This document shows, in pieces, positions 1 through 16,020 of a stretch of DNA of 64,000 bases. The stretch lies in the NCBI RefSeq assembly GCF_009914755.1, contig NC_060925.1; one strand, 5' to 3'. Numbering within the stretch: the first letter of the stretch is position 1; each line of letters begins with the position of its first letter. Source of the stretch: the human T2T-CHM13v2.0 reference genome, Homo sapiens. The position numbers were made by a program, and so were the translations under genes. The notes beneath the pieces were generated by a model. It did no database searches. It was not told where the DNA came from and was given only the letters and a program-made list of their open reading frames with translations.

Positions 1-1656
1 ATTTTTCATATACTTTTATGTCTTCAACATTTTTCTTCTGTCTTAGGAAAAATTTAGTATGTTTTCATGGGCCCTAAAAATTCTAATGTCCTATGACCCT
101 AAGCTTTTATTTTTGCCTTCTGATTTTAAGTGCAACTAGAATATTTCCACGGGCCCCTAAAAGTACTTTGGGCTCCAGGCCTTGTGCCAGCTGTGCCTAA
201 GGATCAGGTCGACCCTGGCTGGAGGAACCCGCCACAGAGTGGCAAGGCTGCATTCACACTGATACTGTCCAGCATCCTGTGAATTCCCTTTGGGCCACAG
301 AAGGTAGCTTCGCTGGAGCCATCCTAATGGGAATTGGCCCAAGAAGATTTGCTGTTGGGGCGAGGTGACAAGATAAGACAGGGTAAAAGAAAATAATGCC
401 CTTCCTGGTTTGTACTACATCCAGTTCAGTTCATTCAGCCAAGCAGCTATGGTGACAAAGTATGTCACTGGCAAACCTGTAAATGAGTCATCAGTTAGAA
501 CTTAACTACTTCTCATCTGGGACATTTAAGCATTTTCAAAAGCCTAAATACTGACTTTTGATTTATGTTACTAAATTGAGACTCCTTTTATGAACTTTGC
601 ATTTGATAGAAGGATAACTACTTACAAAGTAGATTTAAATTAGTTCAAAAAACTGTTTTAAATATTTTAGAAGTATTCTTTCACATAGAGATAATACTAC
701 CTGCTCTTCCATTTAGTAAAGCTTTCTATCTAGCAGTGAATTTGGTTATTTTGCATTATTTTTTATTAAATTTTTAAAAATCAAATTTTTTCAGGTGATT
801 GTTCTCACTCATCAAGGTATTTTAACAAATTTTATTTAAATAATTGATTTTTAATTGTAGTGTCTATTTCAAAAAATATGAGAGCTATTCCTGCAAACTG
901 GTAGCCTGTTAGCCAAATGCAGCTACAAAATGTGTTTGGGGGATCACTTATTTTTTTGATCTTTGCTTGTTGTGGTGAACCTGCCTTTCCTGTTGTGCAT
1001 GTTGGCTGGCTCTGGGCCCGGGCTCCCCCTTTTCACAGGCATGCACTCTCAGTTCACCACAGCCCCCCTTCTCCCTGTGGTGTCATACCCAACCCCTTCT
1101 CCCAGCTAGTTTACCTGCCTGGCTGCTGCAGACTTTGAGTTTGTGACCCTCAACTGATGGACACTCTCACCTCTGTTCTTGTAGTTCACTGATGTATCTA
1201 TCCCCTAGGGCAGTGTTGGGCGTACAGCTGGCACTCATAAATGTTGTTGACTCACTGACTGAGGACCCACTGAGTAAGCCCTAAAAACTCTACTTCCTTC
1301 ATAGGCTTTGCTGCCCCTGGCAACTTTCCTACCTTGAGTATTTCCCTTTTGGAGTACACTTAGAGTCAACTGTCCTCTCTCCTTAACTCCCTTATGAGCC
1401 CTAGACATTCTTTGATATGAAAAACTAATTTTTTTAGCAATCTTAGACACAGCAGAACTTTTCAAACATATTACAAGCCTAAGCCTTTCCAATACAAAAT
1501 TTTATAGCCAGCAACCTTCAAAGAATCCAGAAATCAAGATCTCTCACCACCCACCAGCCTGTTCTGATTTTGGTTCTTCCTCCTCATCTAGGTGCATTGC
1601 TGCTCAGAAAGTATGATGAATTATGAGAGTGCTTATTCATGTATGTCTACCCCAAC

Positions 1657-1749
1657 CAGGGACCACTGCGATAGGCTGTGCAGGCTGTGCCCCCCACAGC
1701 TCTGGGACGCCATCCACAAAGGCTGCACAGTTGCCCTGCATGACCCCTG
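1657..1749. mobile_element. MER91C-like hAT MITE, internally deleted
   Basis: CAGGG...CCCTG termini, internal ggctgtgcaggctgtgc, flanks ccccaac/ccccagc resemble a TSD. Confidence 0.5.
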
Positions 1750-2334
1750 CCCCAGCTGCAGGTATAGGGGAAGGACAATATCTAAGATTTTAAGAATGGA
1801 AGAAACTATTTAGGTCATAGTCAACCCTTGATTTCATAAGTGGAGACACTGTAGCTCAGCAAGATTAAGTGACTTTTCTAAAGTCATATATTTAGCAACA
1901 GAACACAGCCAGAATCTAGGTCTCCTGACCTCACGTCCACAGTATATTCTAAGTCAACTTTACCAGTCGGCCCTGTCCTGCTCCATCCACTTTATGGCAG
2001 GGCCCTATAGAAGTCTGCCCATCCCACCTCTTCTTTTTACTGGGGCTCTCATAAGAAGAGCCAAAGAGTGCTTGTTCTTTCTTGAAACTGTATCAGGAGA
2101 CAGCCCATGTCCTGTGAGGTCTGCAAAGCAGGGCGAATATACTCCAGGGGGTATGCAAGATGATCCATCAAATGGGGGTAGAAAACTCTAGAAGTTTTCT
2201 TTCCTTTAAATTATTATCTCATTATTTTATTGTTGTCTGTTTTATGATGTTTATATAATTTTAATTCAGTAATATATGAACATAATTTACAAATAAATGT
2301 CAGTGGTGTGCATGAAAAATAATTGTAAGAACTT

Positions 2335-2905
<571 letters not shown>

Positions 2906-3415
2906 GTCTTGAGCATTCTGACCTAGGTAAAGTTAAGATGTTGATAAAGTTGTATATACAGGTCTAAGGATAACTATTTACTTTAGGCTTAAGGAAGAAT
3001 AAAGTAATTTAATTGGAAAAGCTACATATGACCCATGGTATCCAGTATAGACTCAGATGAATGCCTGAACTGCTGAGTATGGATCTCTCCTTTGTGATGC
3101 TCAAATTTAGTTGAGCAAACTCTTTTTTTCACATCTTTTTCTGACATTAAACTAATAAGATATGTTTCAGCTAAATCATAAATCTGCATCCTCCTAAAGT
3201 TTGCAGTTCAGACTTTATTTCCATGCTGTCTCATTGATTTTGTGACTGTGCTCTGAGCACTCTATGGGCTTTTGTTTAATTTGCATCCATTTCCTTCATA
3301 TTGAGAAATATGAAAGTTCAATAGTTGGGCAGCTGTGGCAAGAATTCATTCTTGCCCGAGGTCTAGGGTAATAATTGCAATGCAAGATATTTCTGGTTAT
3401 TACCCCTTAGGTTCA

Positions 3416-3724
<309 letters not shown>

Positions 3725-4399
3725 TCAAAATTATAAATACACATACCTTTTGACTTGCAATACTATTTCTAGAAATTCATATATATACTAAAATGGAAAT
3801 ACTTATATATACAAAAATAGCCCTTTCACAAGATACTGTTTATTACAATATTATTTGTAATCACAGGAAATTTGAGACAGGCGGGTTCCCCTCAGAAATT
3901 AAATAAGTGCTAATTTAGTAATACAAAGGAGTATTTGGTGGCAATAAAAAAAAAGAACAGTTTTAAAATACGATTTAGACAGCTCTTCAAAATACGTTAT
4001 TAAGTGAAAAAGCAATGAACAGAATGGTATATGCTACCCTTTGTATTTTTAAAAAAGAAAAGAAAAAAAAAAAGAAAAACATGTACATACACAGCAACAA
4101 GGCCAGGTTTCTCCTTCCCTGCCCCTTCCCTGCTTGTGTGTCTCAGTTCTGCAAGTGCCTCCTCCCAGACCTCCTTGTCTGGGCTTCTTGTCTAGGCTTC
4201 TTCTGGGTGGCCCCTGTTTTCCAATAACCCTGTTTCTTCCTGTTACCCCATCTGATCAATGGAAGTAACAGCTTTCAGTTGTTGCTAATCTCTGAGGTTG
4301 GTATTATTATTGTCCATTGTCTCGTCTACTAAGTGAGGAAATTGAAGCACGGTGATGGAGCCAGGATGGAAGCCCACACGTTGTCACTCAAGCTTGAGC

Positions 4400-5450
4400 T
4401 TTTTTAACCATGGCACAATACCATTCACAGATACTAACACCCGAAACATACATATGAATATATGGTAGATGCTACATGCTTTAAGGGAGAATAAGACAAA
4501 AGACAGAGTTTCACTGGTGGAGATGGGTGGGAGGGTGGGAGGGTGATGTCCCAGAAAGGCCTAAGAAAGTTACATTTAAGCTGACACCCAAAGGAGGATG
4601 GTTGTTCGTGGGGCTGGGGTCTGGGAGACAAACATCTTTGGCCTGTGCAAAAGCTCTTGAGGACAGAAAGAGCTCAGTATGTCCAGAAGGGAGGCTGATG
4701 AGAGAGTATAGCTGGAGTAGAATCCAGCACAGGGGCAAGAGGAGGGCATGGGGTGAGCCTGGAAGGGCGATAGGGATCACTCAGGGCCAGGCCAGCCAGG
4801 TAAAAGAAATGAAGTCTTCTTAGAGCACCAGGGAGCCACAGGAGAGAAGTGATGTGATCTAATTCATATTTTACAAGGGTCACTCTGTCTGCAGCACGAC
4901 AATGGGATTTGGGTTGGGAATGAGGAAAGAAGAATGGGCAATAGTGGAAGCAGGCCAGGCGCGTGGCTCACGCCTGTAGTCCCTGCACTTTGGGAGGCTG
5001 AAGCAGGTGGATCACCTGAGGTCGGGAGTTTGAGACCAGCCTGTCCAACATGGTTAAACACTATCTCTGCTAAAAATACAAAAATTACCTGGGTGTGGTG
5101 GCACATGCCTGTAATCCCAGCTACTCAGGAGGCTGAGGCAGGAAAATTGCTTGAACCTGGGAGACAGAGGTTACAGTGAGCCAAGATTGTGCCACTGCAC
5201 TCCAGCCTGGGTGACAAAACGAGACCTTGTCTCAAAAAAAAAAAAAAAAATAGTAGAAGCAGAGAAATTACCAGTTTATTGCAGTAGTTCTGGTGAGAGA
5301 GGATGGAGAGTTCAACCAAGATACTGCAGTGGGAGTGGGAAGAAGTGGTCAGATTTCAGGTATATTTCAGAGGAAAAATTAACAGGACTTGACAGCAGAT
5401 TGGATGTGGCTGGTGAGCAAAGGAGAAGTGTCCAAAAGGGTTCCTGGCAT
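4400..5450. mobile_element. L2 fragments (interrupted by an Alu)
   Basis: Degenerate L2 3' motifs such as agaagtggtcagatttcaggtatatt and aacaggacttgacagcagattggatgtgg. Confidence 0.6.
4953..5250 (+). mobile_element. AluS (Sx/Sq-like), full length
   Basis: Full dimer with A tail; TSD aatagt(g/a)gaagca. Confidence 0.95.
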
Positions 5451-5785
5451 TATGTGCTACCCAACAGACTCACTTAACCACCCAATACCCTTTCCGGATT
5501 AAGACCTTATAACAGGTCGGCCCATCCTCACCACAAGCAAAACCACAAACCCAGCATGGAGGGCTGGATTTTCTTTTAAACAGGAACAATACAAAGTACT
5601 ACGCGAATATCACCACATAATGGAGTAAGTAGATTCTTACTGTTAATTACGACTTAATCATTACTTGTAATACGGCCTGGGGGCAAATGGATTTACAACC
5701 AACTTAGAAATGAGCCTATCAAACATAATCTATTTATAAGTCAGAATTAACTTGATAAAGAAAAATATATATGTTTTCCATCTAA

Positions 5786-5902
<117 letters not shown>

Positions 5903-6693
5903 TAGGGGTTTTCTACTTTGCAAACATCGTTCTCTTCGAGTTTTGGTGCTAGGAAGAACACATTAGGGAATTTACAAATTTGTATCAAGTCAAATCTGTT
6001 TGTCTTTTTCTTTCTGGCGTCTGGATTTGATAACATACTTAGAAAAGCCTTCTTCAGCCCAAGAGTGTGTGAGAGAAATTTTCCTGTATTTTACTAGAAT
6101 TTGTTCTTACTGTTTTGTTTTCTGTTTTACCTTTAGAGCTTTAATCCATCTGGAGCTTATTTTATGTGTGAGAGCATGAGTTCCTAGGTCTCCCAGGAGA
6201 CCTGGAGCCCCCGGCACTTATGTGTGTGTGTGTGCCTTTTTCTGGAGAAAAATTTCAAAATTTCATCAAATCCTCCAGAGGAGATCATGACCAAAAAGGT
6301 CAAGAGCCAATGGTTTAGAGTTAACAGATGAGAAGACCAGGAAGACAATCTTGAAGAATACCAACATTTAAGGGATAGGTTAGGTAGAAAATAACAAAAA
6401 AGGTTATCTGCTAAGAGGAAGGAAAAAGGTAACACAATAAGTTTTGTCGGGGGAAGGTAGGGGACTGAAATGATCTTTGAGACTCAGACTCCTTATTTAT
6501 AATACTGGGGTTTTAATATCCATAGGATGGCCTTGAGCCTGGGCCCTGGAGTCAGACTGTATGGGTACAACTCCTGGCTCTCTCACTTGCGAGCTGTGTG
6601 GTGGGCAGGCTATTCATTCCTTTAAGCTCCAATCTCATTTGTAAGTGGAGTTGATAATAGTACCTACCCATAATGTTATTATAGGAATTAAAC

Positions 6694-6955
6694 TGACTGG
6701 GCTCCATGGTTTACACCTGTAATCTCAGCACTTTGGGAGGCCGAGGCAGGAGGATTGCTTGAGCCTAGGAGTTCAAGACTGCCCTAGGCAACATGAAAAG
6801 ACTGCTAGTCTCAGCTACTCAAGAGGCTGAGGCAGAGGATCACTTGAGCCCAGGAGGTTGAGGCTGCAGTGAGCCATGTTTGTGCTACTGCACTCCAGCC
6901 TAGGCAACAGCAAGAGCCTGTCTCAAAACAACAACAACAACAATAGCAACAAAAC
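6694..6955 (+). mobile_element. AluJ-like, internally deleted
   Basis: Both arms present but linker missing; (AAC)n tail. Confidence 0.88.
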
Positions 6956-6976
6956 TAAACTAATTCAAAGTCCTCA

Positions 6977-7309
<333 letters not shown>

Positions 7310-7312
<3 letters not shown>

Positions 7313-7563
7313 AGAAAGGACGAAGGAAGGAAGGAAGGGAGGGAGGGAGGGAGGGACAGAGGGAGGGAGGAAGGGAAGGAAAGGAAGGAAGGAAGGGAGG
7401 GAGGGAGGAAGGGAAGGAAGGGAAGGAAGGAAGGGAAGGAAAGAAAGGAAGGAAAGGAAGGAAGGAAAGAAAGGAAGGGAAAGAAAGAAGGAACGGAAAG
7501 AAAAAAGAAAGAAAGAAAGAGAAAAAGCAAGGAAGGGAGGGAGGGAGGGAGGGAGGGAGGAAG
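7310..7563 (+). repeat. (GGAA/GGGA/GAAA)n polypurine tract
   Basis: About 250 nt almost entirely A/G. Confidence 0.95.
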
Positions 7564-10500
7564 GATGCCTACTTCATAGGATGGTGTTTGAGATTGATTG
7601 AGATAATTTATGCTTGGTGCGTAATAGGTTCTCAATAAATATTAATCCTCTCTGTTTAAACACATTGGCAAAATCACTTTGGCAAAGGTGGAGGTTTTGT
7701 TGGGATAAAATGAAATTTGTGATTCTAGTTAGGAGACTGTTAGAGAAGACATGAGTCAGATGGAGAGGGTCTGAATTACTGTAGGTGCTATTATTTAAAA
7801 AAAGAAAGACTCGACCTCAAAGACATGGGAAATTAATTATTCATAAGACTTGGAGATGCAATGCTTTTGGGGATTAGTAAGAGAAATCAACCAGCTCCAC
7901 GTTTGTATGGTGGGAGAAATGAAAGAGTAGCAATTGTGTTGATAGTTGTACAGAAATTAGGAAGTGGGTGCTTACCTGGGGAAGAAGAACAAAAGAAAGC
8001 TCAATTGTGAACTTAAATGTCAAGTGTTGATTGGACATTCAAGAGAAGATTCCTTTTGGTGACAGGAAAAGATCTGGTTGGAGATGAATGATGTCAGGGC
8101 TCCCTAGGCTACCTGGATCTGGGAGAAGATGAGCTCCCAGAGGTTCCTCAAGGAGGCCAGGGTGGCCTTGTAAAAGACAGAAGGCATGTAGGCTTGCAAG
8201 ACTTAAATGAGCAAAACAGAAACACAAACAAACATCAAGAAAGTGGCCTACATTGCAAACCCAAACTTTAAAAAGGGAAGAAACAATAAATATTTTTTTA
8301 AAAAAGAAGAAAACTCTGTCATCAAGAAAAAAATCAATAAATACATCATTGGCAAAAGAGTTTACAGCAAAAATATCTATTAAAGGAGCCATGATGTTTA
8401 ATGAGTAAGTGCTATTGGCTCTGTCTATCATAAGATTTTTTCAAATTTCTCACTCTCAAACATACACAGCAGGCGGTTTGGTTTCCTATCTAAAGTGTCC
8501 TGCCTAATCCCTGAAGTGCCTATATTGCTAAATATAAAGACAGCTGAGCTCCTATTTCATGGCTGGGGAATCTCCCCTAAGGGCATAAAGTTAATTTTTT
8601 TTTCAAGTACACTGTGCATTCAAAATTTATATTTAAATCTATGCTCAGCTCTGGGCCTTCTATAACACTAAATTGAAATTAGCTTATGGTTCCAACAGTA
8701 TTACAAAGATAATATAGTAGCCTATTGGCAAGCACAACAAATAAAAACAATGCACTAGAAGTTAGAATAGCTGGGTTTAGCCATCGCCTGGCCAATCACC
8801 AACTCTGATTTTTCAGCAATCACTTAATTGCTCCCTTTTGCTCATTTTCCTTATCTGGTGAAAATGAGGAAGTGGGACTAAATACATTTCAAGATCCCTC
8901 TGAGCCTAAAATACTGTGATTCTATTTTTTAAAGAACTGCCTGTTCACAGGGAGATAAACTAAAAATGTCCTTTGGAAAATTTGGAACCCAGTTTGCCAA
9001 TTAGATGCTACTCAATATATAATTACAGCTTTGTGCACTCAGAAATACCAAAGCATTAATTGTCCACAAACCTCTAAGACTCAAGTGAGGACATGAAGAA
9101 AAGAAAGGAAGGCATATGGATAAGAAGTCTGTAAAGAAGTGTGTGGGAGTCATGGCTTGGGTAGGGAGCAAGTTTCTTGATACTTGGTAGTGATGATTCT
9201 AAGAAAAACAGGAATCCAAGTCTCTCAACCAAACTAATTACAGTTAGTTAAAGATCTCCATACTGAAGTCTAGAAGACATCAAGAAACAAATGCTAGAAT
9301 CAGAAAAAGAAGTGGGATACTTTCAGAAAAAGACGTGGGTTACTTATATCCCAACTGCTTGATCCCCATTGCTCCTTCCTGAGTTAATGACTGTCTTGGC
9401 TTATTACTTCCAACGGAAATGGGCACAGTTTTTGGTTTGGATCACACATCAGAAGGAGGATGCAAGAGATGAGGGAGGGAGAGCCCCTTGGTGTGAGAGA
9501 TAAAGCAGCAAACATGTTTGAGAATCAAACTGCAATGAATCCTCCTGTCGCCGTTGCATGTCTTTAGTTAGGCAAAAATATTAGCCCTCTTCCTCTTTCA
9601 ATGCAAACCCTGCACATGAAACCCTTTGAAAAAGCAGTACGTAAATATATGGCTAATGTGAAATTTGATTCTAAAATCTGATTGTCACATTATGCTGTCA
9701 CATTAATCTTAACCAACTCCTCTTCACAGCTCTTTGCCCTCACACACAAAAGAATACAAAATGTTAAGAACTGACCAGTTTTTATAGGCTTTGTAATCTT
9801 AGTATTTTAATCATTTCTGGGGGAAAAATGTGTTTGGTAAAGTTTTAGGACTTAAACCACTTCAGTGTTTTTGGATTAAGTCATTTGACTCTCATTAACC
9901 TCAATGTTCATTATATTATAAGACCCTCATCTACAGCTTGAAAACGTGTTTATTATAGGTTTTCTAGCTCTCTCACCAAGGGAAGAAAACACTTAGTAGT
10001 ATGACCGACAAGCAACTAATACTTTTCATCATGCATAATTTATTGAATTGTCACAGTTATGGAGCCTCTATTAGTAGAAAATGCAAATTCCCAGTAACTG
10101 AAAACACATTTTTCTCAGGAGAGTACTCTTGTTGATTAGTGACTCAGCCAAGCACCATTGCTAAATGTACGGTATGTACCCGCTGACGACTCAAAATATA
10201 CAATAAAAGCAGCTTTGCTAGGCATAGCTGAATGTGTTAAATGTGCAGGGACATTTGATGAGCTTCAAAAAAGCACAAGCTTTTGCAGGAAAAAAAAAAA
10301 AAAAAAGCCAAACCAGGACAGAGTGTTTACCAAGAAAACCTAAAAATTTCCTGAGCATTATTTTGGTGACCATCAAGAATATTTTTGCTGAACAGTGTTT
10401 GCACTAGCCTTTTAGGAATTAAGTTCTTAGTATGGAAGATTCAGAGTGGGAACACAATTACCTCCCAAAAAGATATTTTGGGGGCTCTGCATGCATTTTT

Positions 10501-10658
10501 TTCATGTTTTGTTCAACAAATATTTTCTGCACAATTGCTATAGACTAGGCTATTAACCTTATAAAGGTCAGGTTGTATTCCTAACCTGCGAACATTTAAA
10601 GCCTAATAGTGTAAGACAAGTTTATAGGTAACTACAAAGTATAGCATGAATCAACATA

Positions 10659-10692
10659 TGATGATGATGATGATGATGATGGCGATGGTGAT
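10659..10692 (+). repeat. (GAT)n microsatellite
   Basis: gatgatgatgatgatgatgat followed by degenerate units. Confidence 0.9.
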
Positions 10693-11899
10693 AATAATAC
10701 AGATGAAATAGTATAGGCTTTGAGAGCTTCGCATCTGTCCCTTTCTGCTAATTCTGCCTCCACAAAGCCACCACATATGATTCCATTCCAAGCAACGAAA
10801 GCAAGCAGAGCTGGAGGACATCTGTGGAGTAGGCAATAGGGAACCTCCAAAAGATTGGATTTTCTTCACAACGAATAACGGACAAAGCCATTAGTTTAAG
10901 AGGCCTAGATATTTCTCAGGTGGCAGATCTCTATTGCATTCTTCTTCGTGTGATATACAAGTCATAGATTTTCTTCTGGGGATATAGCCTATTGCCAGCC
11001 TCATGATCCAGGAATGATAATGCCCATTTCAGGGGATGTCCCACCAACATGATGTAAGATCACCTGTGGGTGCAAGGCTTAGGTTCTGAACATGTCTGAA
11101 TAGCATGACACATCTTGACAATTCCCAATGAAAAGCAAATGCAGTCAAGATACTGCATTATTGGAATTAGTCAGTTTGAATCATGTAACTGAATATCTGG
11201 TGAGTTTCTTACTACCTATGAAAATTCCAGATTGCCCTCTGCTTTCACTGTAGTGATGTCTCCCTCCGGAGCACATAATCATGAAATTTTAGAGCTGGAT
11301 GGAGCCTTGAAGATTATAATTTTACATGAGGAAATCGAGACCCCAGACAAGTCGCACAACTAGTTAGCTGGCAGAGCTGAGACTGAATCAGTTCTCTTTG
11401 CACCCACTCAGCCCTGTGTTCTTCCTGGACCACAGAAATCTGGTTTACTAGATGCTATCTCTCTCCTGCTTTTTTGTGTGAACTAAGCCCGCTCATCTCA
11501 TCAAGAGTGATGCACTTAGATGAAGTGACTCACCCAACTGAGAGAAGAATCTGCTAAAGGAAAGAAAATCCTCTCTTTGATATGTGACTTTTATCTAAAT
11601 TCTGGCTTCACACACGCAGAAAAGAAAAAAAAAAGAAAGAAAAAATAGAAAGCAACAAAAAAACAGGGAATTAACTCTTTATGAGCCATAATATTTATAG
11701 TATAAAGACCTATCTTCAGATTTGACATACTCTTTACAAATAGTTGTTTACCCTCTATATCTCCTTACCTTATTGCTACTACTAGATTGTGAACTCTCAA
11801 GAGCAGGGATCATATTTCATATATCTGTGTATCAGTTCCTCTCCCCTAAATATAATCTAAATGCATTGTAGGAACTTAGAATAATAGTAATAGTAATTG

Positions 11900-12120
11900 T
11901 TAGTTTACGGTCCAGAAACTGTTCAGTTACACATTTACAACTCCACTCAATCTTCACAATAAAACTATGATGTTAACTTCCATTTATCCTCATTTTATAG
12001 ATAAGAAAACTCAGATGCAGAGAGGCAAAGCAACTTACTCAAAGTCATAAAGCTAGTTAAGGGGTAGAGCCAGGTTTCAAATCAAATATGATTCGCTCAA
12101 AATACGTGTCCTTAACCACT
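11900..12120. mobile_element. MIR (further MIR fragments near 1810, 6540, 8760, 11280, 18790, 25400, 34000, 36050, 47120)
   Basis: cattttatagataagaaaactcagatgcagagaggcaaagcaacttactcaaagtcat matches the MIR core. Confidence 0.75.
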
Positions 12121-12656
12121 TCATGAGTGACTCTACAAGCCAACTCATTTACTTAGCAAACATGTATTAAGCACTTACTACTTGCCAAACACTGCTATCA
12201 ATGAGAACTACTAGGCTCACCAGATAATGGGTAAACAGATAGGTAAACAGACAATTATGAGTGCTGTAAAAGAAAGCTGAAGAAAGCACAGTAAAAACAC
12301 AGAAGAAGGAGTCTGAACTCCGTTTAGGGCAGAGGAAGGTGATTAGGGAAGGCGCTGCGGAGAGTAATAACCAAACTAAGTCTAAAAGGGTGTAAACCTG
12401 GGTCTTCTGAAAAAGTAGACCTTGGGCAGGAACAATATCTAGAATTTCTTTGTATCCTTCACATCTTGCAAAATACTAAGGGCACAAAGGTATCAGAAGA
12501 GAAGGGGGAGCATAGATTTAAAAAAATTTCTAAGTGCACAGTTAGCTTCTCAAGAGATTTTTCTCTCTTGCTGTTAATAAGGGCAGCATGAAAGTTTGAA
12601 ATTTAAGAAAATATTCCATTTCCTCATTAACCACAACCCCTACAATATCTTGTTTG

Positions 12657-13040
12657 ATGTTTTAGCCAACTTGAGCTGCCTTAACAAAATACCATAAGCA
12701 GAAAGGTTTAAGCAACAGAAATTTTCTGGAGGCTAGAAGTGCAGGATCAAGGTGCCAGCATTGTCAGTTTCTGGCGAGAGCTCTCTTCCTGGCTTGTAGA
12801 CATCTGCCTTCTCTCCATGTTCTCAAATGGCAGGGAGAGAGAGGGGAGAGAGGGTGGGTTGGGGCAGCAGGAGCTGGTGTCTCTTCTAATAAGGACATTA
12901 ATCCCATCATGAGGGCCCGCCTTCATTACCTCATTGGAACCTAATTATCTCCCAAAGGCCCCCCATTTCCAAACACCATCGTGTTGGGGCTAGGGCTTCA
13001 ATATATAAATTTGGGAGGGAATGAATTCACTCAATTGCAA
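12657..13040 (-). mobile_element. MLT1A-like MaLR solo LTR
   Basis: ttctggaggctagaagt..gatcaaggtgccagca, taatcccatcatgagggccc, ctcccaaaggcccc motifs. Confidence 0.85.
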
Positions 13041-13786
13041 TTCTTAAGAAATGGAAACCATCAGCTATGCAATGAGTTTTTTTCAGCCTGCCTTTAATAA
13101 CACTCCAAGAAGTGAGAGCCTCTGAAATGAACAAATGACCTTCCAAAAAAATTAGATGAACATTCAATGAAGATCCATTTTTTTGTTTGAATACATGTTT
13201 TCCCCCTCTTTGGGGACTTGATAGTTAAACCTCTGAGCTGTGATTCATCATCCCAACAATGAAGTTATTGAAGTGGTTCAAAAAATATCTTTTGAATTCT
13301 TACTATAGATTATATGTGACAGTAAACAACAACAAGTCCTGTCCTCAAGGCACCTGGAGTCTAATAGTGGTCCAGACAAATAATTAACTATGAAGGATGA
13401 TGGGGATGAAGGAGGCACATAGGTAGGGCACTCAGGTTTGAAGAATATGGAAGTATTCTGGAATATTACTGGAGGAAAAGCTATGCTGAGACTTGATGGA
13501 TGGATTGGGATACTCGAAGAAGAGAAAAAAGGTAGAGAAAAATACTATGCTTTTTCATGAGGCCCAATAAAATAATCATAGAATTATGGAAGCATCTATC
13601 AAATTTGCCTGGTTTATAAATACCCAACTAACAAGTCACCTAATTATCCCTCCATACCTGACATGCCCTTTCAGTGTGGATAATCTATCAAAATAAAAAT
13701 CCAATATACATCAGGAAATACATCCTAATGGGTGGCCCAATATATAATATCAGATTAACTAGAATTACTATTTTGGGTTTTAAAAA

Positions 13787-15342
13787 TTTATTTATTTTCT
13801 TTTTTTTCTTCAAATTTATTTTAAGTTCCAGGGTACATGTGAAGGATGTGCAGGTTTGTTACATAGGTAAACATGTGCCATGGTGGTTTGCTGTACAGAT
13901 CAACCTATCACCTGGATATTAAGTCCAGCATCCATTAGCTATTCTTCCTGATCCTCTCTCTTCCTCACCACCCAGTGAATGTGAGTTGTTCCCCACCGTG
14001 AGTCCATGTGTCCATTCTCAAGGTTCAGCTCCCACTTATAAGTGAGAACATACAGTGTTTGGTTTTCTGTTCCTGTGTTAGTTTGCTGAGGATAACGGCT
14101 TCCAGCTCCATCCACATCCTTGCAAAGGACATGATCTTGTTCCTTTTTATGGCTGCACAGTATTTCATGGTGTATATGTACCATATTTTCTTTATCCAAT
14201 CTATCATCGATGGGTGTTTGGGTTGATTCCATGTCTTTGCTATTGTGAATAGTGTTGCAATTAAGATACGCAGCCATGTATCTTTATAATAGAATGATTT
14301 GTATTCCTTTGGGTATATACCCAGTAATGGGATTGCTGGGTCAAATGGTATTTCTGTCCCTAGATATTTGAGGAATCGCTACACTGCCTTCCACAGTGGT
14401 TGAACTAATTTACACTCCCACCAACACTGTAAAAGCATTTCTTTTTCTCCGCAACTTTGCCAGCATCTCTTGTTTCTGGACTTTTTAATAATCACCATTC
14501 TCACTGGCATGAGATGGTATCTCATTGTGGTTTTGATTTGCATTTCTCCAATGACCAACGATGTTGAGTTTTTTTAATATGTTTTTTGGCCGCATAAATG
14601 TCTTCTTTTCAGGAGTATCTGTTCATGTCTTTTGTTCACTTTTTAATGGGGTAGTTTTTGTTCTAGTAAATTTGTTTAAGTTCCTATAGACTCTGGATAT
14701 TAGATGTTAGTCAGATGGATAGATTGCAAAAATTTTCTCCCATTCTGTAGGTTGTCTGTCCACTCTGATGATAGTTTCTTTTGCTGTGCAGAAGCTCCTT
14801 AATTAGATCCCATTTGTCAATTTTTGCTTTTGTTGCCATTGCCTTTGGTGTTTTTGTCATGAAGTCTTTGCCCATGCCTATGTCCTGAATGGTATTGCCT
14901 AGATTTTCTTCTAGGTCTTTTATGGTTTTGGGGTTTACATTCAAGTCTTTAAACCATCTTGAGTTAATTTTTGTATAAGGTGTAAGAAAAGAGACCAATT
15001 TCAGTTTTCTGCATGTGGCTAGCCAGTTCTCCCAGCACCATTTATTAAATAGGGAATCCTTTCCCCATTGCTTGTTTTGGTCAGGTTTGTTGACAATCAG
15101 CTGGTTGTAGATGTGTGGTTTTATTTCTGAGATCTCTATTATGTTCCATTGGTCTATGTGTCTCTTTTCGTACCAGTACCATGCTGTTTTGGTCACAGGA
15201 GCTTTGTAGTATAGTTTGAAGTGGGATAGTGTGATGCCGTCAGCTTCGTTCTTTTTGCTTAGGACTGTCTTTGCTGTTCAGGCTCTTTTTTGGTTCCACT
15301 TAAATTTTAAAATAGTTTCTTCTAATTCTGTGAAGAATGTAA
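13787..15342 (-). mobile_element. 5'-truncated L1PA (older primate subfamily), antisense to the gene
   Basis: 3'UTR plus ORF2 C-terminus (ORF 14711..15196 KTAWYW...[16 protein letters not shown]); actattttg at 13767 and 15347 is TSD-like; ORF2 is frameshifted. Confidence 0.95.
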
Positions 15343-15829
15343 AATGACTATTTTGAATTTTAGGCTTTTTATATGTAAATTATGACTGTTAATAATTTAG
15401 GTTATACATAAATTATAACTTAGGTTATAACGCCTTTATACAGCCTTTTTGTCTAGTAGCCTAAAGGTCCTTGGTAATATGTAAGGTGCTTAGGCATGCT
15501 TTGTTGTATTACTAACTCAATTCCATTTTCTCAGATGTACAAATCACATTTAAATAATTAAATTAAATCATTCAATTAAAATTACTTAATCTTTGGGAGT
15601 TAGTTTCTTTCTTTTGTGAGATAAGAAAGTTGGATTATGCAACTTCTAGGATCCCAGTTTGAAGTTCTTTGATGTTTTTATGACTCAGTTTCCAGGATGA
15701 CATTTAAAGAACTATTTGTGAAATATAAAATTTAATATCTTAAAAATATTCTATGTTTTGTAAATGATTACAGTTTTTATTCTTTTTGGAAACATAATTA
15801 GATTACAGCTGCACATTTGTTTAAGTAAT

Positions 15830-16020
15830 GCTGGCTACTGTAAAAAATAACTCCCAAAATGTGAATGGGTCAGACACAATGAAAATGTAAAGTTTAAAAT
15901 CAGCTCTCAGAATTCACTGGCGAAAACTCAGTAATCTGACCACGCCTAACTGCAAAGGAGCCTGGAAATGTGTATCCAGGAAGAGAGGATATGGTTTTGG
16001 TGAAAATGTAGCCAGTTTTT
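15830..16020. mobile_element. MLT1 (J/K-like) fragment
   Basis: aactcagtaatctgaccacgcctaactgcaaaggagcctggaaatgtg motif. Confidence 0.5.

Noticed and set aside
8039-8431. 130-aa minus-strand ORF or possible processed pseudogene
   Set aside because: No recognisable domain, no poly(A)/TSD pair, and it adjoins L2-like sequence.
13939-15196. L1 ORF2-like ORFs (also 48895-50398) as active genes
   Set aside because: Both L1s are 5'-truncated and frameshifted, with no ORF1 or promoter.
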